From the NCBI GenBank assembly GCA_038534095.1, contig JBCAXK010000007.1, positions 1-52,307 on the forward strand: a stretch of 52,307 bases of DNA, in the 5' to 3' direction. This DNA comes from Chlamydiota bacterium (GTDB lineage: Bacteria > Chlamydiota > Chlamydiia > Chlamydiales > SM23-39). A program made the translations under genes and the position numbers. This document shows positions 1-8,748 of this stretch, in pieces (position 1 is the first letter of the stretch; every line of letters starts with the position of its first letter). The notes beneath the pieces were generated by a model, which saw nothing but the letters and a program-made list of their open reading frames with translations, was not told where the DNA came from and made no database searches.

Positions 1-108
1 GTACAAATCGATTTTTCTAGGCCGAGTTTTTTTTCTGACAGATTCAAGCATCGGCTGAATCTTATGAAATTGTGTTCGAGAGACATCGCTTGGATATTTG
101 CGTCGCAT
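1..108 (-). CDS. IS5-family transposase, N-terminal fragment (DUF4096-type), truncated by the window edge
   Basis: Own translation, absent from the ORF track: MRRKYPSDVSRTQFHKIQPMLESVRKKTRPRKIDLY. The YPSD(V/I)S..QF..I.P.L...R...RPR..DL pattern is typical of IS5-family transposases. GAGG RBS upstream of the ATG at 108. Confidence 0.88.
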   Translation of the reverse strand, partial: MRRKYPSDVSRTQFHKIQPMLESVRKKTRPRKIDLY

Positions 109-174
109 AACTACCTCTAAAAAAATTACAAAGGTAGCGTTTATACAACATTAAAGGGATTTTAAACAGGTTCT
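1..174 (-). mobile_element. IS5-family insertion sequence, left end (element runs off the window start)
   Basis: Transposase N-terminus on the minus strand. Putative terminal IR reads AGAACCTGTTTAAAATC on the minus strand (158-174), next to a CTAA/TA (YTAR-type) target. Exact end is uncertain by about 1 nt. Confidence 0.85.
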
Positions 175-1016
175 TAGAACAAAAGCGCACACCTTCCAAT
201 CTTCCGAAACCGTCACGAATAGCTCATCAGAGTCGCCAAGCTGTAAGCTCGATGTATCGGAGAACATCGAATCGATCGAACAAACAAATGACTAACGAAG
301 ATACCCCCTTTCAGCTCTCACAAGGAGTATCTTGGCCGCCCGAGAAAACCTTGTCCCCTTCCTATGCAGACAAACAAGGAATGTATTCGCAGCCTTCCAG
401 GATAAGCATTTGGCAAAAGGATTCTACATTTAGCAAGCCCTATCGCGCAGTCAGCGTTTTGAAAAAACAAAGCTTGAGCAAGGGAGAAGCTCTATCAGCG
501 CATCTATTCACTGTAGCCTCTACTGTTCCTAAACATGGGGAGAAACATGCCAACTCTTTATCTCGTAGAGGTCCACAATCAAGGGGAACAACTGCGCATC
601 CACCCAGCCCACAGTTACCTTCAACAAACCTTGGATCAATCGCTACAAGACAATCACTTTTTCCATCCCCCTTCCCCAAGCGACAAAGAGCCAATAAACG
701 CCTCTTAGACTGGACATGTGAGGGAATGGAAAGTCGAAATGTAAGACCCTTTCATGCCTCAACGCTTTCTAAATTGGGGCAAAATGCACTGGGCATGGCA
801 CAAGATACGGTGCAGATTGCTACTCGATCAAGCGATTCATCCGGTACGCCAGCTATAGCTGTTCGACAAGCCGGAGAAAACAATCCATTATTCGTCCGGA
901 AAATTGTACAAATACCAGCCATTCCACCAGCAAACCCTACAGATTCATATCCCAAAGATAACAGCCCAAAAAACTCGTCAACAAACGCTTGGATAGAATC
1001 ACTATTCAGTAAATAA
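175..1016 (+). pseudogene. Ser/Pro/Lys/Arg-rich disordered protein, probably 5'-truncated by the IS (ORF track start 252)
   Basis: The frame of the 252..1016 ORF stays open upstream right to the IS end (EQKRTPSNLPKPSRIAHQSRQAVSS-MYRR). Low-complexity composition; the antisense frames are broken by stops. Confidence 0.5.
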
Positions 1017-1383
1017 GCGCTTAAATACTATTCAAACGTGTTCCCCTACTAAAAAATGTAAGATTCATACCCCCTTTCTATAAACTTAGGTCTATGGAAG
1101 GAGACAAAAGCCAGAAACAGAGGCCTCGGATCTCGATGAGCCTTTTAAGAAGAGAACAATCTACTCCATTGCTCAACTTGTGTGGCAGTAATAGTTTGGC
1201 ATTCTCCTTATCCTACTTGCCCAAATTGACTTTCAAGAGGGTAAAAACCATGCTCGTTATTGAATCAATGCCAACGAGCTCCATTTCTGCGCAGGAACAT
1301 AAAGGAGGGTGTTTGCAAGAAAAATACTACCTTTTTAGCACCGAAGAGAGTACAAAAGAAGAAATAGAAACAAGGACTCTCTT

Positions 1384-2094
1384 TTGGATCAGCCAAGCCG
1401 AGAAAATATCTGGGAAATGTTTGATGCGATCTCCCCTACGTATGATCGAACAAATCGGATCCTATCCTTTGGAACCGATCTATTATTCCGAAAAAAGCTC
1501 TCCGAATACCTTCCAGAAAAAAATCAGCTGAAATTGCTAGATCTTGCTACTGGAACAGCCGATCAAATCATCGCTCTTATGGATACTACCGACAAGATTG
1601 ATGAAGTAACTGGTCTAGACCCTGCGCAAAAAATGCTCGATCTTGGAGAAAAAAAACTGCGTGACAAATTTTACCACCCCAAGGTGCGTTTAGTTTGTGG
1701 AGTTTCTGAAAATCTCCCTTTTGAGGAACACGCGTTTGATGTGGTGACGATCTCGTTTGGAATTCGGAATGTCCAGTCGGTCGAAAAAACGCTCAGTGAA
1801 GCTTGCCGCGTGCTTAAGCCTGGAGGGCTTTTGATGATCTTAGAATTTTCTCTACCAGAAAAACGTTGGATCAACTATCTGTATCTGCTCTATTTGAGAA
1901 GATTGCTTCCTCTTCTAGGTGGGATCGCCTCTGGAAATTTTTCTGCGTATCGATACCTCAATAAAACCATTGAAACCTTTCCCTATGGTGAGGCTTTTTT
2001 AGAGATTTTACAAAAAAACGGCTGGAATCATCCCAAAAGAGTCCCTCTACTTTTCGGAACCATGCAGCTTTATCTTGCGCATTCCTATGATTGA
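1384..2094 (+). CDS. menG: Demethylmenaquinone methyltransferase (UbiE/MenG)
   Basis: MFDAISPTYDRTNRILSFG, LDLATGTAD, ISFGIRNV, RVLKPGG, AYRYLNKTIETFP motifs; heads the men operon. TTG start. Confidence 0.93.
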   Translation: MDQPSRENIWEMFDAISPTYDRTNRILSFGTDLLFRKKLSEYLPEKNQLKLLDLATGTADQIIALMDTTDKIDEVTGLDPAQKMLDLGEKKLRDKFYHPKVRLVCGVSENLPFEEHAFDVVTISFGIRNVQSVEKTLSEACRVLKPGGLLMILEFSLPEKRWINYLYLLYLRRLLPLLGGIASGNFSAYRYLNKTIETFPYGEAFLEILQKNGWNHPKRVPLLFGTMQLYLAHSYD

Positions 2095-3121
2095 TTGGCT
2101 CAAACAATCGAAACAATTTCCCCAGCTCTACTGGAAACCAAGAGACACCAATGCGTGCTTGGCAGCTACAGGCAAAGGCTCTTTTGCCCCTTTTTACGTG
2201 GCTCCTTTCTCCTCAATGAACGCTCCCTTATGGAGCTCTTTCTCTCATCAGCGCACATTTGCCTTTGAGCAAGTAAGAACCGGGAAACAGGCCTCTTACG
2301 AAAAACGGCTCGTTACTCCAAGGATTCGGCAAATAAACTACTCTCCCACATTTGAGGAATGGAACCATTCTATTTTGCTCGCAAAAAAAGAGATCGAGCG
2401 GGGATCTTTCAATAAGATCGTCCTTGCAAGAAAGGTAGAAATTGTCTTAGAAAGCCCTATCGATCCATTGGAGATACTTCAGTCGAATCTTTTTGCCGCC
2501 AATCTTTATGGGTTCTATTTTTCTCCGAAAAAAGGAACCGCTTTTTTAGGAGCAAGTCCTGAGCGCTTAGTCAAACAGTGTGGAGATCTGGTGCAAACAG
2601 AGGCTCTAGCAGCAACGCGAAAACAGGGACAAGAGCAAGAGCTTTTTCAGAAAAGCAAGGAACAGAGGGAGTTTCGTTGCGTAGAAGTAGCGATTGAAAA
2701 AGCGTTACTCTCTTATGTCCGCAACCTAAAAAGCTCTAAAATAACGTTAAAAAAAAGCCACAATCTGTTCCATTTACGCAAGAAATTTCAAGGAGATCTG
2801 ATCACACAAACGTCCTTAAAAAGCCTCGTGAATAGACTCCACCCCACTCCAGCGATTCTTGGGGAAAACACTCCATATACTTGGCAGTTTTTACAAAAGC
2901 ATGAACCCTTTGAGCGGGGGCTTTATGCAGGCGTTTTTGGGCCACAAGAAGCAGAAAAAGCCGACCTTTGTGTCCCTATTCGCTCTTGCTTGATCGAGGA
3001 GAACTCTTTACAGCTGTTTTCTGGGGCGGGGATTGTCTTAGAATCAGATCCCCTGAAGGAATGGCAAGAACTTGATGATAAACTGGCTCCTTATCTAGAA
3101 CTTTTATGTCTATCGCTTTAA
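2087..3121 (+). CDS. menF: Isochorismate synthase (short form)
   Basis: KIVLAR, FLGASPERL, LHPTPAILG, ERGLYAG, IRS, SGAGIV..SDP..EWQE chorismate-binding motifs. ATG at 2087 overlaps the menG end. Confidence 0.9.
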   Translation: MIDWLKQSKQFPQLYWKPRDTNACLAATGKGSFAPFYVAPFSSMNAPLWSSFSHQRTFAFEQVRTGKQASYEKRLVTPRIRQINYSPTFEEWNHSILLAKKEIERGSFNKIVLARKVEIVLESPIDPLEILQSNLFAANLYGFYFSPKKGTAFLGASPERLVKQCGDLVQTEALAATRKQGQEQELFQKSKEQREFRCVEVAIEKALLSYVRNLKSSKITLKKSHNLFHLRKKFQGDLITQTSLKSLVNRLHPTPAILGENTPYTWQFLQKHEPFERGLYAGVFGPQEAEKADLCVPIRSCLIEENSLQLFSGAGIVLESDPLKEWQELDDKLAPYLELLCLSL

Positions 3122-4629
3122 AAAATGCGCACCTTTTGATCGATACTCTTGCAAAAAACGGCGCCCCGTTTTTTTGCATTTGTCCTGGCTTTAGAAATAC
3201 AAGCTTAACCCTAGCTGTGAAAAAACACCCTCATATCGTACATTTTGATGAACGGGGCGGCGCTTTTTTTGCTTTAGGTTACGCTAAAGCAACGAAACGT
3301 CCCTGCCCTTTGATTGTGACTTCAGGCACCGCAGTTGCCAATCTTTTTCCAGCCCTTATGGAAGCAAAACAAGCGCAGATCCCTTTAATTCTTATCAGCG
3401 CAGATCGGCCTATGGAACTATGGGAATGCGGCTCCAATCAGACTGCGGCGCAAACAAACATTTTTTCTCTCTTTACCTCTTGGAGCGCTAGCGTCGACCT
3501 TTCAAGTAGAAATATGCCAGCAAGAGGGGTCTCATCGATAGCAGCTTTTTCCCTTCAAAAGGCCAAAGAAGGTCCTGTGCACATCAACGCTTTATGTAGA
3601 GAACCCTTTTTTGCTGACCAAGCTCCAACAGCCTCCCCTCCTGTTACCTACCTTGTAGAGGAAGGAAGCTCTTCTCCCAAAAACCTCCCCTATTTATCTG
3701 GAAAAACCTTGATTCTTCTAGGGGAAAAAAGAGCGCATAGCCCTGCTACGTTTGCCTTAGCAAAAAAACATCACTGGCCCATTTTTGCCGATATTCTTTC
3801 CAATCCTTATGATCCTAAGACAATCAAACTTGGAGATATTCTTCACGCTTTACCTGAAGCTTTGCCTGACAATGTTTTGCATTTTGGAGAGCGCTTTGTC
3901 ACAAAAAAACTTTTCCACGCTCTAGAAAAAGCGCCTCCGAAATTCTACGCGCACATTAGCGAGCGTGCTGCACGTTTTGATCCATTTCATCTGATCACCG
4001 ACCATTTTGTATGTAAAGACGCCGATTTTTGCGCCCAAGTGCGGGGAAGCTCTGATCCTTCCTATCTCCAGTATTGGGAAGGAAACAAAGCGCCCACTGG
4101 ACGCTATACGTTGCAACAACACTACCTGCAGGTTCTAGGCGAGCTCCTCCCAAAACACTGGGCAATGTTTTTGGGCAATAGCACCATCATCCGGGACGCA
4201 GGTTTTGCCTTTTCTCCAAAAAACCCTCCCATTCTTTTAGGCAATCGGGGATGCTCTGGCATTGATGGGAACCTTGCGACCGCTTGCGGAGCGGCGCAGG
4301 CTCTGCAAATGCCCCTGCTTGCTGTGATGGGTGATCAAGCATTTTTGCACGATAGCAATTCCTGCGCTTTTTTGCAGAAGACCCCTGTCCCTGTGATCTT
4401 GCTTGTATTCAACAATCAAGGAGGACAAATTTTTCATACGTTGGGGATTTGTAAACCGAAAAAGGTGATCGATGAACTCTTTGTCGCTAAACATTCTTTC
4501 CAATTTGCAGGAATTGCAGATACATTTCAGCTTCCCTACTCTTCTTGTCATCATGTCGAAGAGTTTCCCGAAACTATGAAAAAAATCTTCGATATGAAAA
4601 AATCCTACTTTGTAGAGGTCCAGCTATGA
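3106..4629 (+). CDS. menD: SEPHCHC synthase (ThDP-dependent)
   Basis: HFDERGGAFFALG, TSGTAVANLFPA, SADRP, NRGCSGIDG, GDQAFLHD, NNQGGQIF. Confidence 0.95.
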   Translation: MSIALKNAHLLIDTLAKNGAPFFCICPGFRNTSLTLAVKKHPHIVHFDERGGAFFALGYAKATKRPCPLIVTSGTAVANLFPALMEAKQAQIPLILISADRPMELWECGSNQTAAQTNIFSLFTSWSASVDLSSRNMPARGVSSIAAFSLQKAKEGPVHINALCREPFFADQAPTASPPVTYLVEEGSSSPKNLPYLSGKTLILLGEKRAHSPATFALAKKHHWPIFADILSNPYDPKTIKLGDILHALPEALPDNVLHFGERFVTKKLFHALEKAPPKFYAHISERAARFDPFHLITDHFVCKDADFCAQVRGSSDPSYLQYWEGNKAPTGRYTLQQHYLQVLGELLPKHWAMFLGNSTIIRDAGFAFSPKNPPILLGNRGCSGIDGNLATACGAAQALQMPLLAVMGDQAFLHDSNSCAFLQKTPVPVILLVFNNQGGQIFHTLGICKPKKVIDELFVAKHSFQFAGIADTFQLPYSSCHHVEEFPETMKKIFDMKKSYFVEVQL

Positions 4630-4772
4630 AGGCTTTTCTTGTAAAGCTTGCTTTGGACGCATCTCGACGATGGTTCTACAAAAAGCGCGCGCTAAAGGCA
4701 AAGTCTTTGGTCTCTACGCTTGCGCCAATTTTTGGAAAGAAAGATAGGCATTACCTAAGTGAAATTTTATAA
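4626..4772 (+). CDS. 48-aa basic hypothetical peptide between menD and menB
   Basis: ATG overlaps the menD stop (ATGA, 4626-4629). MKAFLVKLALDASRRWFYKKRALKAKSLVSTLAPIFGKKDRHYLSEIL fills most of the intergenic gap. Confidence 0.35.
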   Translation: MKAFLVKLALDASRRWFYKKRALKAKSLVSTLAPIFGKKDRHYLSEIL

Positions 4773-4793
4773 ACAGATCCAAGGAGAAAAAAC

Positions 4794-5609
4794 GTGATGA
4801 AATGGACAGATCTTGCAGATTACCAAGACATACGCTACCAGTCTAAAGGAGGGATTGCAAAAATTGTGATCAATCGTCCTCACGTGCACAACGCTTTTCG
4901 CCCTCTTACGGTTACCGAGATGATGAGCGCCATGCAAAAAGCAAAAAACGATCCTTCGATCGGAGTCATCATTCTTACAGGAGAAGGCACAAAGGCTTTT
5001 TGCTCGGGAGGTGATCAGAAAATTCGTGGAGAGTGTGGCTACCGGGATCAAGAGGGGGTCGATCGTCTCAATGTACTTGAGCTGCAGAGGATGATTCGGA
5101 CTTGTCCTAAACCGGTTGTTGCGATGGTCGCTGGTTATGCAATTGGGGGCGGACATGTGCTGCACGTTTTGTGCGATCTCACAATCGCCGCAGACAACGC
5201 AATTTTTGGACAAACAGGACCCAAGGTCGGCTCGTTTGATGGAGGATATGGAGCCTCTTACTTAGCGAGGATCGTTGGACAAAAAAAAGCGCGAGAAATT
5301 TGGTTCTTATGCCGCCAGTATGACGCAAAAACGGCGCAATCGATGGGCCTTGTCAATGAAGTGGTTCCTCTGAAAGATCTCGAAGAGGCGACTGTAGCTC
5401 TTTGTGAAAAAATGCTCGAGCATTCACCACTTGCTCTTCGCTGTCTTAAAGCAAGCCTCAATGCAGATTGTGATGGGCAAGCAGGATTGCAAGAAATTGC
5501 GGGCAACGCCACCCTTCTCTACTACATGACTGAAGAGGCGCAAGAGGGGAAAAAAGCCTTCAATGAAAAACGCTCTCCCGATTTTGCGCAGTTCCCAAAA
5601 CGAGGTTAA
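4794..5609 (+). CDS. menB: 1,4-dihydroxy-2-naphthoyl-CoA synthase
   Basis: [67 protein letters not shown] at 4782-4786. Confidence 0.98.
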   Translation: MMKWTDLADYQDIRYQSKGGIAKIVINRPHVHNAFRPLTVTEMMSAMQKAKNDPSIGVIILTGEGTKAFCSGGDQKIRGECGYRDQEGVDRLNVLELQRMIRTCPKPVVAMVAGYAIGGGHVLHVLCDLTIAADNAIFGQTGPKVGSFDGGYGASYLARIVGQKKAREIWFLCRQYDAKTAQSMGLVNEVVPLKDLEEATVALCEKMLEHSPLALRCLKASLNADCDGQAGLQEIAGNATLLYYMTEEAQEGKKAFNEKRSPDFAQFPKRG

Positions 5610-5612
5610 GAA

Positions 5613-6473
5613 ATGACAAAACTGGGAGCCTGGATCCTCGCTATCCGAGTCAACACGCTGATTGCGAGCATCAGCCCCGTACTCATCGGATCTGCTTTAG
5701 CGTGGAAAGGGGATCTTTTCTCTTTTTCCCTTTTTTTCTCCACAATCCTTTTCGCCATTTTGGTGCAAATTGGCACCAATATTTCGAATGACTACTTCGA
5801 TTGCTTGAAAGGAGCCGACACGCAACAGAGAAAAGGACCGATCCGAGTTTGTCAGGCAAAGCTTCTCTCTTTGGAAGAGGTGCGCATGGGCTTTGTGCTC
5901 AGCTTTACTGCTGCGTTTTTCATTGCTCTTATGCTCAGCATGCAGATCGGATTTTGGCTTCTTAATCTTGGGATGATATCGATTGCTTTGGGGATCTTGT
6001 ATACAGCAAGCCCTTACGCCTTAGGTTACTTGGGACTTGGAGATGTATTTGTTCTCACGTTTTTTGGTCCGGTTGCCTCAGGAGTTTCTTACTTCATTCA
6101 GACAGGCTCTTTCACTGGGGAGTCATTTGTGCTCGGTTTGGGCCCCGGTCTAACGTCTTGCGCCCTTTTGGTCGTCAATAACCTGCGCGACGCGCAGGAA
6201 GACGCTCTTGTAGGAAAAAAAACGCTTGTCGTCCGCTTTGGAAAACCCTTTGGACAAATCGAATACACTCTGTGCGTCACACTGCCCTGCTTTCTCCCTA
6301 TCTTTTTTACCCCTCTATTTCTCGTTGCAGGTCTTCCGCTTTTTGTCTTTAGCTTGTCTCTAGTTTACAAAGCGCATCAAAATCCTATACTCTATAATCA
6401 GTTACTGATCAAAACGTGTTATTTTCTATGGGCTTATACTCTTGTTCTCATCCTTTGGATTATTCTTGGGTAA
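5613..6473 (+). CDS. menA: DHNA polyprenyltransferase (UbiA family)
   Basis: QIGTNISNDYFDCLKGAD and VNNLRDAQEDALVGKKTLVVRFG Asp-rich motifs; multiple TM helices. Confidence 0.95.
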   Translation: MTKLGAWILAIRVNTLIASISPVLIGSALAWKGDLFSFSLFFSTILFAILVQIGTNISNDYFDCLKGADTQQRKGPIRVCQAKLLSLEEVRMGFVLSFTAAFFIALMLSMQIGFWLLNLGMISIALGILYTASPYALGYLGLGDVFVLTFFGPVASGVSYFIQTGSFTGESFVLGLGPGLTSCALLVVNNLRDAQEDALVGKKTLVVRFGKPFGQIEYTLCVTLPCFLPIFFTPLFLVAGLPLFVFSLSLVYKAHQNPILYNQLLIKTCYFLWAYTLVLILWIILG

Positions 6474-7297
6474 AGAGCCTAGATCTTCAGTATACTCGCT
6501 ATAGCCGCTCTCTTCATCCCCCTCTATTTGGGATCAAAAAGCGAGAAGGGTGCGTGGTTTCCTATGCAAAAACATCCGCAACTAAAGAGGTAGAAATTGC
6601 CCCCCTGCCAGGAAGGAGCCAGGAAACTCTTGAAGAAGCGATCGAAGATTTTCAACAAGGAATGGGAAGATTTCCCTCTTCCCGTTTTGCGTTAGAGTCG
6701 CTGACTCTTCCCCACTATCCTAAAGAGGAAATCCCCTTTTCTTTTCTCTTAACAGGCTCTGTAGAGACCATGCGAGACGATGCTCGTCTTAGTACAACGA
6801 CCTACATGAAGGTAAAAATTGGCCATTTTTCTTGGAAAGAGGCCGTTTTTTGCCTAAAAACACTCAAAAGTCTCTTTCCAGAAAAACATTGGGCACTTGA
6901 TGGCAACCGCGGCTGGACTTTTGAGGAATTTTCTGCCTTCACCCGTTCCTTTGATCCGAGCGATTTTCTCTACATCGAGGAGCCAGTATCTTCCCTATTG
7001 GCTTTGCGCAGAGTAGCCCAGACGACCCCCTTTCGTTTAGCTCTCGATGAATCTTTGTACGAAACATCGGCAAAAGAGTTATTAGGTTTCCCTTCGATCT
7101 CTACTCTTGTTGTGAAACCAACGTTGTATGGAGGGCTGACCGATCTCATAGCTTTACAAAAGCACGCTCGAGATAAAGAGATTGTATTATCGAGCTCTGT
7201 TGAATCGAAGGTGGGTCTCAAAAATATTGAGAAGCTCCGTCAAGCTCTTCAGCTCAAAACCCCATTAGGTGTAGGAACAAACCGGTTTTTTTTCTAA
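6416..7297 (+). CDS. menC: o-succinylbenzoate synthase (enolase superfamily); true start probably near 6455
   Basis: EIAPLPG, KVKIG, LDGNRGW, YIEEP, ALDESL, VVKPTLYGG, LSSSVESKVG; operon context. Confidence 0.9.
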   Translation: MLFSMGLYSCSHPLDYSWVKSLDLQYTRYSRSLHPPLFGIKKREGCVVSYAKTSATKEVEIAPLPGRSQETLEEAIEDFQQGMGRFPSSRFALESLTLPHYPKEEIPFSFLLTGSVETMRDDARLSTTTYMKVKIGHFSWKEAVFCLKTLKSLFPEKHWALDGNRGWTFEEFSAFTRSFDPSDFLYIEEPVSSLLALRRVAQTTPFRLALDESLYETSAKELLGFPSISTLVVKPTLYGGLTDLIALQKHARDKEIVLSSSVESKVGLKNIEKLRQALQLKTPLGVGTNRFFF

Positions 7298-7298
7298 G

Positions 7299-8627
7299 AT
7301 GGAGACTCTGTACAAGCAGTTCTTACAATCTTTTCAAAGACACGCGCAAAAGGTCGCTGTCAAAAAAGGGAAAAGACTTTGGACCTATAAGGAGCTATGG
7401 AATAGCGTCGTAAAATGCCGAAAGCGCCTTTCTGCGCTAGCTTTGCCAGAGCAATCGATCATCTCCTTTGATGGCGAACCATCGTTTGATGGAATCGCTC
7501 TACTTATCGCTTGTTTATTGGAAGAACAGGTGCTTTTTCTCATCAACAGGCGCCTTCCCGATTTTTTTCTACAAAATAGACTCAAAAATCTTACGGTCGC
7601 CCTATCGATTGGAGAGAAACGCCTTGGGAAACGCCATCTATCTGCTCAGGGCTTTTTCACAAGCGTTCCTGCTGGCTCTACAATAAGAAACGCCCCTCTT
7701 CTTTTTGAAAAACCCTGCACAATGATCTTTACTTCGGGAACAACAAACTTACCAAAAATTGCCCTCCACAGCGGCTCCAATCACCTCTACAGCGCCTTAG
7801 GAGCGCAAACGCATGTCAAGCTCCTCCCGTCAAGCACCTGGTTTTTATCCCTTCCCCTCTATCATGTAGCTGGCCTAGGAATCGTTTTTCGCACTCTTCT
7901 TCATGGCGCTTCTATCCGGATTCCCGAAGAGGAAGAAGGCCTCCCTGTAGATGTAACCCATATTTCTGTTATAGAGACCACTTTTAGACGTTTATGCGCC
8001 TCTTTACAAGAACATCGGCTATCTTGCGTGATGCTCGGAGGAGGGCCGATTTCTTCTGATTTGGTCGATCTTGCAACTGCCCATCAGCTCCCTATGCTTT
8101 ACACCTATGGAATGACAGAAATGAGCTCCCATATTTGCAACGCAACAACCTTGTATAGAAAAGGGAAAGCCGTTTGTTACGGCCTTCCCCACTCTCACGC
8201 AGAAGTGCAGGTGCGAAATGGGGAGCTGTTTGTTCGAGGAAACGCCCGCTTTTTAGGGTATTATCCCCTAAAAAAACAGGAGACTTTTTGGTTTGGCACA
8301 AAAGACGCCGGAGCGATTGACGAGGAGCAAAAGGTTTGGATTCATGGAAGAAAAGATCGGCAGTTCATCTCTGGGGGAGAAAATATTCAACCAGCAGAAA
8401 TCGAAGAGGCTCTTCTTGCTTGCCCAGGCGTTGAATTTGCGCAAGTGTTCCCCAAACCAGATCCTACCTTTGGCATGTGCGCTGTAGCTATGGTCCGCAT
8501 GAGCCTACCTTTTGATGAAATTGCGCTCAAAAATTCCCTCAAAAAAAGACTTCCTCGCTATAAAATTCCAAAAAAAATTTTCTTAGAAACGGGGTCGATT
8601 TCTTCTTTACAAGGAAAATTTTTTTGA
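7299..8627 (+). CDS. menE: o-succinylbenzoate-CoA ligase
   Basis: FTSGTTNLPK AMP-binding loop, LPLYHVAGLGI, TYGMTEMSS, GRKDRQFISGGENIQP; last gene of the men operon. Confidence 0.93.
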   Translation: METLYKQFLQSFQRHAQKVAVKKGKRLWTYKELWNSVVKCRKRLSALALPEQSIISFDGEPSFDGIALLIACLLEEQVLFLINRRLPDFFLQNRLKNLTVALSIGEKRLGKRHLSAQGFFTSVPAGSTIRNAPLLFEKPCTMIFTSGTTNLPKIALHSGSNHLYSALGAQTHVKLLPSSTWFLSLPLYHVAGLGIVFRTLLHGASIRIPEEEEGLPVDVTHISVIETTFRRLCASLQEHRLSCVMLGGGPISSDLVDLATAHQLPMLYTYGMTEMSSHICNATTLYRKGKAVCYGLPHSHAEVQVRNGELFVRGNARFLGYYPLKKQETFWFGTKDAGAIDEEQKVWIHGRKDRQFISGGENIQPAEIEEALLACPGVEFAQVFPKPDPTFGMCAVAMVRMSLPFDEIALKNSLKKRLPRYKIPKKIFLETGSISSLQGKFF

Positions 8628-8650
8628 GGTACATTCGTGATAAAATCGAT

Positions 8651-8680
8651 TTGTCGAAAATGCGATTTCTAATCTATAAT
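8651..8680 (+). promoter_or_regulatory. Putative sigma70/sigma66-type promoter for the TPR gene
   Basis: TTGTCG-N18-TATAAT, about 70 bp upstream of the ATG at 8749. Confidence 0.45.
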
Positions 8681-8748
8681 CACCTAGGATGGGGCGTATT
8701 ATTCGTTATCATTTTATAGGTGTAAAAAGGTAATTTTGGTCTATAATT

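Noticed and set aside
1094..1531. 145-aa plus-strand ORF overlapping the menG start
   Set aside because: Overlaps menG out of frame by about 150 bp, has no recognisable motifs and reads like non-coding translation.
4767..5512. Antisense ORFs over menB and similar short antisense ORFs throughout the track
   Set aside because: They lie opposite well-supported genes and show no independent coding signal.
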